Source: Phoronis australis (Eukaryota; Animalia; Phoronida). Taken from it: a stretch of 64,000 bases of DNA. Below are positions 1 to 13,006 of this stretch, piece after piece (position 1 is the first letter of the stretch; each line of letters starts with the position of its first letter). The stretch covers positions 230,666 to 294,665 of the forward strand of contig NMRA01000407.1 of assembly GCA_002633005.1 (NCBI GenBank), given 5' to 3'. The notes under the pieces were generated by a model, which was not told the origin of the DNA, did no database searches, and saw only the letters and a program-made list of their open reading frames with translations. The translations under genes and the position numbers were made by a program.

Positions 1-770
1 TTCGCAGCTCAGTTGGCACTAAGCCCCCTGAGGTTACGAAGTCCATTCAAAAGACTTACAACATGCGCACCTAAATTTGTTCCGTTCATCATGGACTACT
101 TCAAACCTTGACGATGTATCCCAGGACCCATTTGCATCTCTTGCAATTTTCGAAATAAACGTCCCAATGTGTGAACGCTTGAAACCCGAAGTACTAACAT
201 CAAATAAATGCTCATGGGCATGGGCGTTTCGTCGGGTGGGCCTTTCTGCGGAAATTCCCAGTAGGGCCTATAGAAAACCTCACTGGTGCTTATTGCAGGT
301 AGAAAGACGGTAGGCGGTTGAGGTCGGCACTAGAGCTCCTTAGAAGGCCCATTGAACATCGCACGAGTCCCGCAAGACTTTGTTGTGAAAATACAGCCTC
401 CCCGCAATTTCTGGTACTGTACACTGTTCGCGAATGCGGTCATTTTGTTAATGTGAGTGCCCCCTTGGTCATTCCTTGTATAGTCATAACTTGTTAGACT
501 GCCATGATCTTCAAACAGACTCGCGACCAGACCACGGCGCCCGCCAAAATAGCAATTCTTCGGAAAACGAGTTTTTTTCAAAAGTATTACATGTACGTGT
601 ACACTGTATTATATTGCGCAAGACAACTTTACAATACACCAGTCAAACGTGTGGGGTGTACTAGGATGACACGGCATGACAGATGAGGTAAAAACGTTGC
701 CCATCAATTCGCCTGAATATCATTGTTGCGGCACCACAGTATTTCCCCTAATCAAAACAAAACATATCTT
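1..770 (-). repeat. Direct repeat copy 1 of a decayed element (pairs with 2101-2860)
   Basis: 1-765 aligns by eye with 2101-2860 (ttcgcagctcagtt... to ...tttcccctaatcaaaaca); ORFs 77..313 and 2174..2392 translate almost identically. Confidence 0.9.
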
Positions 771-2100
771 AGAGTAAAGAAACTAGTTACCTAAAGAAAT
801 CAGCTATAGGGCTGCTTTTTCAGCGGTGGATGCTTGGCTACTTCAGAAGTGTCGTCGGAAGCGCGCGCACAATTGATCTCCGGGGTTTTGCCGATGAGCC
901 ACGAAGACTCGAAACGCGTTGATTTTCATAACAGCAATTCACAATGCAAAAAATATATTTTCAGAGTGAACCCCCTCCCCTCATTTTTACCAAGTTGGTT
1001 TACTCGGGGTTTACACACGCTGGCGGTGCCGTTTTTGTTTTGGGGGGGGTTAAACCCCCTGAACCCCCCTCCGTAGATCCGCCACTGGTCTATTTACGTC
1101 ATAATAAATGACAATATTCGCAATCCTCCTCTTGTTTTACTCTGCAACATAACTCGTGGCGTACCCCGGGCAAAATAGATTACGATAAATTAAACTGAAT
1201 CACGTTGACAACAATTGAAAAACGTCAAATGTATCAGGAAGCAAATCATCTGAAAACAGTTTCACGAAACCAAAACGTTCTGTACACCCTGGTGAAAAGA
1301 TATACAGGACCAGTTCGCAGAGGGACCAGATGTACACTGAGAGTACACAAAAAGGCTGACCTGGTCCGTCACGAGACCAAAAGTACACCTGTGCTTATTA
1401 TCCCATAAAAATAGTCGATCTGCAGCGGGACCAAACACTACTGGCTGAGATAAATAGTTTTAGAAAGCACACTTTGGTAAAAAAACATCACAAGACTCTA
1501 CACAAATCAAGCTGGCCTGGTCCGTCGCCAGACCTAAAGTGTACTATGCAAAAAGTTTTGAATTGAAAACTTTTCTTCAGACACTTTTTAATCCCCAGTG
1601 GTTGCTAATGCGTGTATTTTATACATCTGGTCGTCAACTGCTGCGAGAGGTTTTCGCACTGTTCTGTAGTACTCACTGGAAGAAACAAGTATTGAGAACA
1701 AACTTAACAACGCACTACGTACGAAATAGATTTTGGATATGAAGCAGATATAGCCAAGTAAATACAAACCAGAATCAGTTTCTGTGCACTCGCTGACCCT
1801 CTGCTGCACTGGGAAAATTTGGCATGTCCAAAAATAATTTCTATTTCGTCATTGTACACAAGCATAAAAAACGAAATTATGTGCAAACTGTGTAGAATTA
1901 TAACTTATTACCTAAATGTTTCTCCAGGAACGTTAGTCCTATCCTTCTGTTGTCTAGACTGCCGAGGAATCTGTATATCGGATCCAATGGTTTGCTCGTC
2001 TTGGAACCATTCTATCCAGACATCTTCGATGTTTGTTCCCAACGCTTGCTCAACTGCTGTGTCAATGAGCTTGTAAGCCTCTACAATGTCAGCATCTCGT

Positions 2101-3400
2101 TTCGCAGCTCAGTTAGCACTAAGCGCCCTGAGGTGGCCAAATCCAATCAAAAGACTTACATGCGTAACTAAATTTGATCCGTTCATCATGGACTACTTCA
2201 AACCTTGACGATGTATCCCAGGACCCATTTGCATCTCTTGCAATTTTCGAAATAAACGTCCCAATGTCTGAACGCTTGAAACCCGAAGTACTAACATCAA
2301 ATAAATGCCCATGGGCATGGACGTTTCATCGGGTGGGCCTTTCTGCGGAAATTCCCAGTATAGAAGATGGCAGTGGTGCTTATTGCAGGTAGAAAGACGG
2401 TAGGTGTTGAGGTCGGAACTAGGGCTCCTTAGGAGGCCTATTGAACATCGCACGAGTCCTGCAAGACTTTGATGTGAAAGTACAGCCTCCCCGCAATTTC
2501 TGATACTGTACACTGTTCGCGAATGCGGTCACTTTGTCAATGTGAGTGTCCCCTTGGTCATTCCTTATATAGACATAACTTGTTAAAGTACTTCCTCAAA
2601 CGGACTTGCGACCAGACCACGGCGCCCGCTACAACAGCAATTCTTCGGAAAACGAGTTTTTTTAAAAATATTACATGTACATGTACACTGAATGATATAG
2701 CGCAAGACAACTTTACTATACACCAGTCAAATCCGAGTTACAAACGTGTGGAGTGTAATGGCATAACACGGCATGACAGATGAGGTAAAAACATTGCACG
2801 TCAATTTGCCTGAATATCAGGGTTGCGGCACTACAATATTTCCCCTAATCAAAACATATCAAAAACAGAGGCGACTGTTTCCCGGATGTGAATCGCCTTT
2901 CCCCTCAGATGCTGAATCAGTTTCCTCCTCTTTTTCTTGTCTAGCTTGTTCAACCTTAAAAGTGCTCATGATGAGTTTCTTTTTTGATGCACTTCTTCCA
3001 TTTCGTCCACTTTGCCATTCCACTTAAATCGCGAAGGTGCTTGTCTTCTTCCCTGTATAGTCTTCGATTCTTTGGGGCTGGGTTCATAAAATCCTCCGGG
3101 TAGAAGAGAGCACTACAGATTCTTGTGTAAGCGTTCACGTTGAAATACGCCAGATTTCTTTCCATTTTTGTGATCCGTAGTGAAAGGAGGGGCTTATTGT
3201 CCATAGATAGTCCGAAAAACGACAGATCTTTGCACTGTTCTGACGAATTTTCGCATTCACCGCAACAGCAAAAATGCGGCATCTTCGTTCTAGCTGTGCA
3301 CAATTGTTTTGATTCAAAACCCATTTCAGGTCACGTGACATCGCACGCACGCGTTACCGATTTGAGCTTTTCAAAGGACGACGGATATATGGTACGGTAA
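2101..3400 (-). mobile_element. Decayed THAP-domain DNA-transposon relic (copy 2, includes THAP ORF)
   Basis: Second copy of the 1-770 sequence, continuing into a THAP-like ORF; frames are broken by stops. Confidence 0.55.
2956..3282 (-). pseudogene. Degenerate THAP zinc-finger ORF
   Basis: MPHFCCCGECENSS...LSFFGLS...TRICSALFYPEDF follows the THAP C2CH layout (CxxxxC..F.F.P..W..RICSxHF..EDF), but the conserved P, W and H are lost. Confidence 0.7.
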
Positions 3401-6049
3401 CTTCTCTAACAACAGTCATCGAAATATTAAGAAAAACTCGAGAAACGCAAGCCGTGAAGAGACTTTCCCCCCGCAAATGGGAGATACTAAAAATAACCTT
3501 CACAACGACATCTTGTTCCGATTTGACCAAAAGGAAGCCGTTTGTATTGTTTTATCTGGTACCGACAAGTTTATTTTTAAATCAAGAGACCTCGAGCTAC
3601 TAGTAGTTATGCCTAAATGTTATGCGCAAATTTCACGAGGATCCGACATCAAACAGGATCTGCAGTGTGCGTGCAAACAAACGAGAAAAAATCAGGATAG
3701 AGTAAACATCATAGCTTCATGGCAAAATTTTATGACATCAAATTATAAATACGTTAACTAAGACAAAAATAAACGCCGTCCTATAAACTCCTGTTCGAAT
3801 ACAGGATATGCATAGAAAACAAGAATCGCGAAATTGACTAAGTTTACGAGTCGATATTTTGTGAAATCAAATCAAAACATCCGACACTCGCCTTTATAGA
3901 CATAATTTATAAACAAAATAACATTCAATATGCATTTAACCCTTTACTGATCGACACGACTTTTTTCTTAAGTTCCCGCATCGAAAATTTTGATACCTCA
4001 ATGTACAGTTATAAATGGGTGTAATCGACCCCCAAAGTTTCTAATACGGTAAAAAACCTTTGCATTATTTTTAAGAGAAATTATTTAACTAATCATAATT
4101 GGTGTTTTTAAAGTCAAAATGACCCACTGATAATGAACACATTCGCACCCTTACACTCCGAATCTTCCGGAAAATATCTGTTACACTACGGTCACGCATC
4201 CACTCACCCGGCGACTCAATAAGTAACATCGGTCTTACCGAAACAATTCTAGAACGTTTTTTAGCAGATGAGGTCAGCAAGTGCTAAATATTAAAATACG
4301 CTCTGCTTGACTGCTTGAGTTAATTTCTAGAATGCACACCTAGATCATTACATCGTATTTACTCTGACAAATGAACTTTGATGACAAGCACATGCACGCT
4401 TACTCTCACACACACGCATACATGTACGAACTTCAAAATAAACGTCACGTGACAACAACATGTGTGTTCCTCCAGAGATTTATCTCGTGTTGCGGGCTAC
4501 AATCTAGCGCAGATTTGGACTTAATCTGCAGTTAATCCAGACTCCACAAGAACGTCAAAATCTTAGAGACGCTATTGGAAAACTTGAGGAGGATTTCGGG
4601 TAATTTGTTGAGGCGAAACTGTCTTCTTATTCAAGAATTCAAGCCCTATCGACGATTGCGAGACCGGCAGCTACACATTTGTCGGCGAGATTTCGCCCTG
4701 GGATTTCAGAAAAATTTTCTGAAAAATGATCCTAATTTAACAAACATTTTGATAGAAATGCACCACAATTTTGAAGAAAGTTACTAATAACATTCTGGAC
4801 TTTGTCTTAGCATGTTAATGCATAGTGTGCGTTAAGAGAGTCGACCGAGAAGAGGTGATTGTGCAGAGGCATTATCCTCAAAATTGCCGGGTTGGCTCTT
4901 GGTTCTGGTCACGCGAAAACTATTTTTTTCATTACTCTCCGCCGTGGAGTATTTGGTACTGTTTCTTTCAAGGGAAATATTGTTGGGCAGTTTCCAAGAC
5001 AAGTTTTCTTGCCGCCCTCAAAGTGAGCGCTGCATATTTTATGCCACGAAGTCGGAAAGACAGAAGTCGGCCTTTGCTACCAGCTCTACTGATATGTCTG
5101 ACCCATTTTCACGCAGATTTTGACCATTGGGAAACAGATAGTAACTAAATTCTTTATCTCGCTAACTGGTATTATAGCAGGGCCAGGCACACAACACGTA
5201 TAACCTCCCTGTGGCCGGTTCGCCCCCACGCTTGCCGACGTCATTGCCGACTTAACCACAATGCAACATTCTACCCATTTCCAATATGGCGGCGTTGCAA
5301 CTCCGCTTTTGTAACGCAAGCCGGCATCATTAATACGTAATCTCAAATGATACCCTTCATCATGACATCTTTTCAACGTGTGCTGAACATAATACACAAA
5401 ATTAATGTTCGTAGCTCCAGTCAGACTCTGCACTTAAAAGCTATACTTCGCCTTGTTTAGTCCACTATAAATGGACATCGAATTAGACTTTTTCCTGTCA
5501 TACAATCAGTCGTATAATATCGCTTCCGTGAAGAACTCAACATTAACTGAGCTTAAAAGCGGCGAAATGCAACTTTAACTGATTGAATTCGCAGCTATTA
5601 TCGAAACCCTTGATACTGTTTTCTTATTATCTGTCTTTTCCGGATGAGATTTAGACTAACAACCTTCGTTTAGTAACTTTTGCTAAACCGTTGTAATGGT
5701 ACTTACTAAACATAGTCTAACCACACATCTCTACCTGTAGTACCTACGGTAGATACACTGTAGGCAACAAAAATGGTTTTCTCAATCTGTGATTGGCTAA
5801 TGTTGTTGCTTGCAACGATCTCTATATACTGCTCAGCAGATTAGATGATACCCAAAAGTTCTGGAACTTTGGATATTGTGAGCAGACGCCGGTTAGTTGA
5901 GAGATTAGTCTTCTGACAGCTTAGCTATTTTGTTTCTTATTCAAATACTTAATAATTTCAATTCCTATGAATCATGTTTAGTACTTATTCGGTACACTTG
6001 CATGTGGTAGTATAAGTCTGATTTATACCTGTATCTTGAATTTTCTTCA

Positions 6050-7740
6050 ACAACCAATTAGTGTCACTCAGAAAGCATACGGGAGCACTTAAATCGGCGA
6101 GACGTGATGGTGAAACCTAAACGTCCCAGCTGAAAATGCATAGACTCTTCCAAGTTAAATAATATAACTACTCTTACTGCTGTTTAATAGAAATATTTTG
6201 CTTTCCAAAATTCTCCAGACAGCTTAGCCCAGTTAATTGAGGACGGGGAAAGTAGGTCAAGTTATTTTAGCTTCACTAGAGAAAATAAATAAAAAAGAAC
6301 GGACCAGTCTCAAATTAGGTCAGTAAATACTTAATACTCCACTGTTTTTACAAATTGTCTGTTTATAATCACGAAATTTGAACAACGGGAATACTTTTCT
6401 TAATAGTTGTAAAAACTATAAGTCTGTAGCAAATGACTGGTTGACTTGTAAGTTCTATACATTATATCTCTGGCAGGAAGTCAAAAAGCCCTTACTTGAA
6501 GCATTTAAATAGGGGCCTATAGTTTTTAGAAGATGGGTTATCTACGCCATAGATACGGGGAGCCATAACGCTTCTTCCCACGTCCAAGGGTGATGCTAAA
6601 GCTTAATTCTCTAAATAATTGACCACCAATATCACTACTTAACACTGAATATAAACTACTTACAGCTTGTCAGAACTATGGGAAAACTGGTTCACCGAAA
6701 GCAAACAGTTGTTTAGGACGATATATAGGTTATAATATACGAATCAGTCAGGATATTACTTCGTGTATTACTGTTGGTCAGGGTCATATTCTATGTTTAA
6801 ACGTTTGCAAAGGAAATGATACGTTAGAATGAGGCATTATTTTTCAAAAATGAAATTTTCAACTTTGGACAGGTTTTGCAAGATAAGTGCAAATAATTTA
6901 TAGTAAACCAACAGGTTGTGCTGCCAGTTATGGCTTCACTATAGATTATTTTCTAATAGAATGGGGAGCGAGACAGGATGATACCTTGTCAGGGCCATTA
7001 TTTTGCCTCGCTGTTGAAGTTATGACCAATTTCAAATGAAACAACAATTTAATGAAATTGAAGTTAAATTTTTACAGTACGCAGATGATATTACCTTATT
7101 TGTGAAAGATAAAAATTCTGGTGTAAATTCAATCGGTGTGAAGGTTAAATAACTTGATCAATAGAAATACTGTCCTGACTCACTTTACACCTTCAAGTGG
7201 GCTGGCAAACCGATAAAGAGCTTGGGAATATTTTTCAACCATGAAAAACACGAGACCTTTTTAGATTATGAACTTAAAATTAAAGAGTCGGCTTAAAGTC
7301 TCTCAATGTCTGGAAAAGCCTCAATATTTATTTGCTAGGCAGAATTAGTGTAATCGAAACTTTTACACTTTCTGAGATACTCTGAGTAATGTAGGGATGG
7401 ATGTCGCAAATACGTGTGTAACAAAAGTAAACATTTCTCAGAGTTGAAAATGTATGGCTTTAAATTCCCGTGAAAATGGTAGTTTGTGAGTTGCTGGTGT
7501 ACAAGTCATAACTGGTAAAGTGGATTGCGCATTGCTTGGATGGAAACGGTGAAACTGTATGTGTTTCCAAACTATACTTTGAAGACATATGGGGGTAGTC
7601 TGTTTTCATATCAAATTATGACTGCAAGTTGTTATCTGTTGCAAATCTCAATATCTTCTGCCATGAAATCTTGATTGATTGGGAAGAAATTGATTATTGA
7701 CATAAGGACTCACCAATAATAGTATTCAAAGCTTCATTGT
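6050..7740 (+). mobile_element. Degenerate L1/Tx1-type LINE ORF2 (reverse transcriptase) fragment
   Basis: Broken-frame motifs PISLLNTEYKLL (~6625), GRYIGYNIR (~6716), RQDDTLSGPLFCLAVEVM (~6970), LQYADDITLF (~7072), KWAGKPIKSLGI (~7195), LLGRISVIET (~7332); boundaries approximate. Confidence 0.85.
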
Positions 7741-7860
7741 CTATTGCGTTTCCTGTATTAAATTGCACAGACTAACATTTAATCCACTACATATTACTTT
7801 GTAGGTTTCAAGTATTCCGAACCCAAAATTGAGGTGCGAGTATCCACGATGGTTTCCGGA

Positions 7861-8040
7861 TACGTTGGCCTTGAGGGTCACGTTGGCCTTGAGGGTCACG
7901 TTGGCCTTGAGGGTCACGTTGGCCTTGAGGGTCACGTTGGCCTTGAGGGTCACGTTGGCCTTGAGGGTCACGTTGGTCTTGAGGGTCACGTTCGCCTTGA
8001 GGGTCACGTTGGCCTTGAGGGTCACGTTGGCCTTGAGGGT
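7861..8040. repeat. 18-bp minisatellite (CACGTTGGCCTTGAGGGT) x10
   Basis: Near-perfect tandem copies seen directly. Confidence 0.97.
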
Positions 8041-8117
8041 CGGAATGATGAAAGAAGAAAGGGCTCGTCTAAGTCAGCCGTTACTGGAGGCTGACAGCTG
8101 TAAACAGTCTTAGGCTC

Positions 8118-8490
8118 ATGTGGAACCCAACAAAAATGTCCAAATTTGGCTAACTTCAGAACATACATTTTTCAGAAATGTCTGGTTGGATTATATTGAA
8201 ACGTTTAGATACTATGCTTTATGCATTGTTCTCTGTAATGCTGTTAGGAATTGTTCTTAGAGTGTTACGTTTTTTGCATGAAGGGTTGTTAAATATAGGA
8301 TTTTCAAGCTATGACTTTCATAAAAAAATCTAACCGGATGGAAAACCAAATGATGATTTAGAAAACTGGAATGTTGGCAGCATTTTTGAGATTTCACCTT
8401 CAGTTGTTTCATTGTTGTTTTGTTGATTTCTTTGTTTTGTCACGAATCTATCAATCTTTTTTGTTAAATTTTACCAAAAACGACATTGTC
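8118..8490 (+). repeat. Dispersed repeat, related to 42447-42760
   Basis: atgtggaaccc..aaatttggctaacttcagaac..aaatgatgatttagaaaactgg matches the 42447+ sequence. Confidence 0.7.
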
Positions 8491-10429
8491 ACGTCATTAT
8501 ATTATCGAAAGGTCTTCCGCTACTTTTACAGGACACGACAAATACGACAATCAAAAGACGACAACAGTTTCCGGTGAGGACTTTTTGGAGTGGCTAAAAC
8601 ATGATGGAAATGTTCATTTAAGTTAGTGATTACGACAATTAAAGCCTCTTTGTTAAGTCAAATTGTTGCACTTAAATAAAGACCTACTCAAGTGATTTTG
8701 TACTTTGAAAGAAGAGATGTTAAATACACTACTGTGGATGTGGGGTATCCAGTAAAGAACCTATTTTGGTGCTATTTCGTAAGAAGCCTCTTTATTTCCG
8801 AAAAAGCGGTCAGGGCGGAAAAGGACACACGCCTTAACCATTTACAATGACGAACATTTGTTTGAGGGACTTCATTGGGGAGAAAGTGATTATCCGAGCC
8901 CTAGATCGGAATGAATTCGGTCATTGGATAAATGGCAAAGTATATTAATTGTATTTAATTGGTAAAATCAGCGGCTTCTATTTCAGCAAATGTCTGGAAG
9001 ACAACGGCGAGAATTGACGGTTTGCAATGATATCACAAAAACTCAGGGGATTTTGTTGTATTTTAGCTTCGGTCAAACCTAATAACTTCCAAAAGCGTTT
9101 TTCGGTGATAAATTCGATGTCATTTTAGTGTGTGATTAATATTACCTGTTGCTTTTCTTTACATCTTTGACAAAAACCGTCGGCGATTCTGGTCATGGTC
9201 ACCTTCTGATCATCCCGGCGTACGGATTAGATTCCTATTCATGCATGATAACACCTGATTTCCATGTAGTTTTGTCTATAGATGAATGAGTAGGGCAACC
9301 AGCCCCACCTCATTCTTCTCAGGAAGCCCTCCGCAGGTAAACACATGCATGAGAAGTATGAGCATGTTTTGCAGTGCTGTAGTGGGGAGTAGGCGCACGT
9401 AGGCGCAGCCAACAACCTTTTGGCACTTGAACGTAGCGCCTACGCACCTTAAGTTACGTTCAGTGCTCATGGTGATACGGTGGGCTCTAATTCTACCACT
9501 ACAGCAGTGATGTTTGGAGACATCCAGTGGATGTAACAAAATAATGCCCTTCTACATTTACAAGCAGATGCAATTGATATGTGGATGGACGATACTTATA
9601 ACTAATGACAGCATAAATTTTGGTTGTTTTTACGCAGTGGGTATTAATGATCAAAGTTCCCGGTCCTTTTCTATGTTGAAGTAAATTGATGACGTTGTAA
9701 AAGTTTTAGAGTCGCCAGTATTTCCTGCAAAATCAAAGAGACAGGAAGAGCTCCCAGACTTCGGTGACAAAAGTGTAGTTTGGCGCCTCCACTAGACACT
9801 TGCCAGCAAACTTTCTTTTATGCTATCATAAACGCCAAAACTTAAATCTGCATATTAGCATCGATTGATCGCTTCATAGGGTCTCTTACCCTTAATTCAA
9901 AATAATTTCTTATAAATAAAAGCTAAATTGCCTTGAAATATTGCACAAATGGAAATATTTCATTAAAAATTGCACGAATTATTTATTTAAGCCTAAGAAC
10001 TGTCTCTAAAAAAGGGCGTCAACCGTTTTGTGTATTGGCACCAGGCAATTATGTCATCATTTGTGCCTGCGTAATCTCTGACCCACGGTCAGTTATGAAC
10101 GTTCATTGGGTGAAATGGTAATATGGATATGTCGGACAGCATTATGGTCCCTAAAATGATGATTCGCATTATCATCTTTCTTGAAACCATATTAAATGCA
10201 ACATAGGGTCATTTTTAGAACAAAAAAATAAAAAAAAAACTCATTCTAAAGATTTTTTAAATTTGTTTGAATATCCAAGATCTAACCAAAAACATAAATT
10301 CCCATGTCCACAGACCCACAAACTGGCTTATAGAAGCATTTGAGTGACACCCACTTTCAACACTACAAAAAGTGCTTACGGATTTACCTCCTCTGTCACG
10401 TGATGAATGCAAAGAAATCATTAATATTA

Positions 10430-11340
10430 ATTATCAACCATTCACGTATTTATCGTAATTACGATCTTTCTATTTTTCAATAGCATGTTACGTATTTATA
10501 GGTTTCCTCGATATTACAAAATCACTTGTTCGTAACATTGCCACGATTCAATAATTCATCGCATTTCAAGGATTCGTTAATTGCAGTTGTTTACATATTC
10601 ATTAATTCGTTGCATTACTTGAATTCAGTAATCCATTTATTAAATCGTAGTATCGATTCAGCAATTCTTAATTAATTTGTGCAATTATATAGATTACTGG
10701 TTAATTAAATTCGTCCCTTTTACATGATCAATAAGACGTCGCGTTTTACGGATTCACCCGTTCTTCGCATTTTACGCAGTTACTAATTCTTTGCATTGTG
10801 CAGATTCATTGGTTTGTTAGTTCTTCTCGGGTTATCCAATTCATCGCAGTTTAAGGATTTACAAATTTGTTGCATTTTACAAGTTCAGCCACTCGCCCCA
10901 TTTTTTGGATTCTCATTACCTTTTTCAGACCCCAGTGTTCACTGTTTGGATTCATTTAAGTTCCTTGCATTTCACATATTCATTTATCCGCAGCACGCTA
11001 GGATTTTATAGTTAACTCCATTTTAAGTACATGTTGCCTTGGCGATTTTTGTTTCACGGATTCACAAATATCGACGCATTTTTCTACCAATTATTTCATG
11101 GCGTTTTACGGATCGTTAATTTGTTGGATTTTAGATTCATTTACTTAATATATTATTTACGAATTCATTTATTTGTTTCATCTTGCGATGCAATAATTCG
11201 TGGTATTCTATGGGTGCACTACAATAAATCGTTCCATGGAAATGAACTAGTGTATAACTTCATTTGCAGGTTCATTTACTGGTCACATTTTGGGGGTTCA
11301 AGAATATTCGACGATCACATTTTACAAATTCTTGTTGTTC
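10430..11340. repeat. Highly degenerate ~26-bp tandem array (consensus ~CGTCGCATTTTACGGATTCATTAATT)
   Basis: Unit starts at 10737, 10763, 10789, 10815, 10842, 10868, 10894; similar units continue in both directions. Confidence 0.75.
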
Positions 11341-12059
11341 CAGTGTGTAAACGGGACTGACACGGATCAAATTGACACCAGAAAGATAAAAATTTATTTC
11401 AGTGGTGGTTCATGCACAAATTAGAAATAAAGAAAATAAATAACAAGAATAACTAATAATTTGTAAATAATTATACAGGAGGAATAAGGAATGTGAAAGA
11501 AACTAGGTATGGGTGAAAATGAGCTGAAAAGATTGTAGGATGAAGTGGCATGATGGATGACAAATAAATAGATAAATAAGTGAATTAATAAATAAAGTCG
11601 GTGTTATCCATCCGCACCCAGCCTTCAATTTGGGGGGCTCGAATTCCTGGCGTTGTGGTCCTTTTTCTAACAAAAGAGTCGGCGGACTAAAAAAAAAAAG
11701 AAAAAAAAAAAACGGGAGCACCACTGTGAATTGCGCATTTGGCTTATTTAGTGGACTTTTGTCCCATTTTCTCGGACATTTTGCCTCTCGGAAGCGGACC
11801 TTTTTGCCCACTTCGCATCTAATGGGGGGGGGGGGTGTGCTAGAACAGCCCCCCTCTGGGTGCACGCATGTTATCACTTCTCTCAATATGGCTAAATGGA
11901 TATTGTTTGATTTGTCGTTTAAAAATATTTTAATCTGTAATGTCCCTCAGGTGGCCAGGAAGTGAATTCCACAGAAGTATGGTTGAATTTAAAAAAGGTT
12001 AAAACTGTGTTGAGTGTGAAAGACAGACATACGGGTTCTTTGTCTCTGCAACTCTCGTC

Positions 12060-12250
12060 ATTTGTAAACCTGCGCATGTGCGATCCAGTCTCTCCAGCCT
12101 ACAATTTCCGTCTTGCCACAATTTTGGTGTTATCCAGATAGTGTACAAAGTTATTTTTAAATTTCTTGTGCATTATGCTGTATTTAGTACTGTTATCAAA
12201 TAAATTAATGATAATAATAATGATGATGATGGTGATAATGATGGTGTTGT

Positions 12251-12290
<40 letters not shown>

Positions 12291-12510
12291 AATTAACCAG
12301 TGTTTTATTGCCGTTCGGTGAAGACATCGCTGATTAAAAATCGGAATATCAAGGGCCGACAGCGATAGCGCTTTTCCGGTTGGTGTTGAGAAGCATTTTC
12401 CAGCTACAAGGTACCACTGAGTCGTCTGAACAGCAACGAATCCTATTACGGTGGATTGTATTGTGGGACGCTCATCTTTTTCTATTGTTTGCTTTTTCAA
12501 GTATGTCGTT
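12060..12510 (+). promoter_or_regulatory. Possible IDE promoter / first-exon region
   Basis: NRF1-like TGCGCATGTGCG at 12071, ETS-like TTCCGG at ~12374, locally more CpG, donor-like CAA|GTATGT at 12500/12501. Confidence 0.25.
12207..12292. repeat. (GAT/AAT)n microsatellite
   Basis: Direct observation. Confidence 0.95.
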
Positions 12511-13006
12511 TCATGTTTGCGACTTTCCTATAAGTATTTATACATTCTGTAGGTAACTTGCACTTGTGTTATTGTTTTAAAGTTGTATTTATGACCCGAC
12601 TTTAATTAAACTTTTAGATACTAACTTCACCTTTCTCTGACAACTAGTTACGAAGTTGCTAACAGGCGGCGCTACCAATTTTTTATGTCTTTTTCACTGG
12701 AGATTCACTTACAGGTTCTTTCAAGATTCCAGACTTATCCAGAGAAGACGGTTTCCAGGAACAGCCGATGAATGGTCAATTTCATCAAAGTTTTATGCAA
12801 GATCTCTCACAGTTTTAACAAATGTGTCTATAGTAGGCATCCTTTGGCATCACGGTATACCATTTTGAGTTGATATCTTGTCGCGTTTTCGTACAGTCAA
12901 TATGTCACTCCAATCAAATTTCAATCGTAGCTTGTCATTGTAATCAACATTACAAATTTACATACAAGACAACACGTAGCCCCTCTGGTCATCCTGTATA
13001 TTTTAA

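Noticed and set aside
7834-8094. Gly-X-Y (GHVGLE)n collagen-like ORF
   Set aside because: Product of a near-perfect 18-bp minisatellite open in several frames; no proline, no synonymous divergence, no supporting exons
12099-12500. 133-aa ORF with poly-Ile
   Set aside because: Caused by the (GAT)n microsatellite
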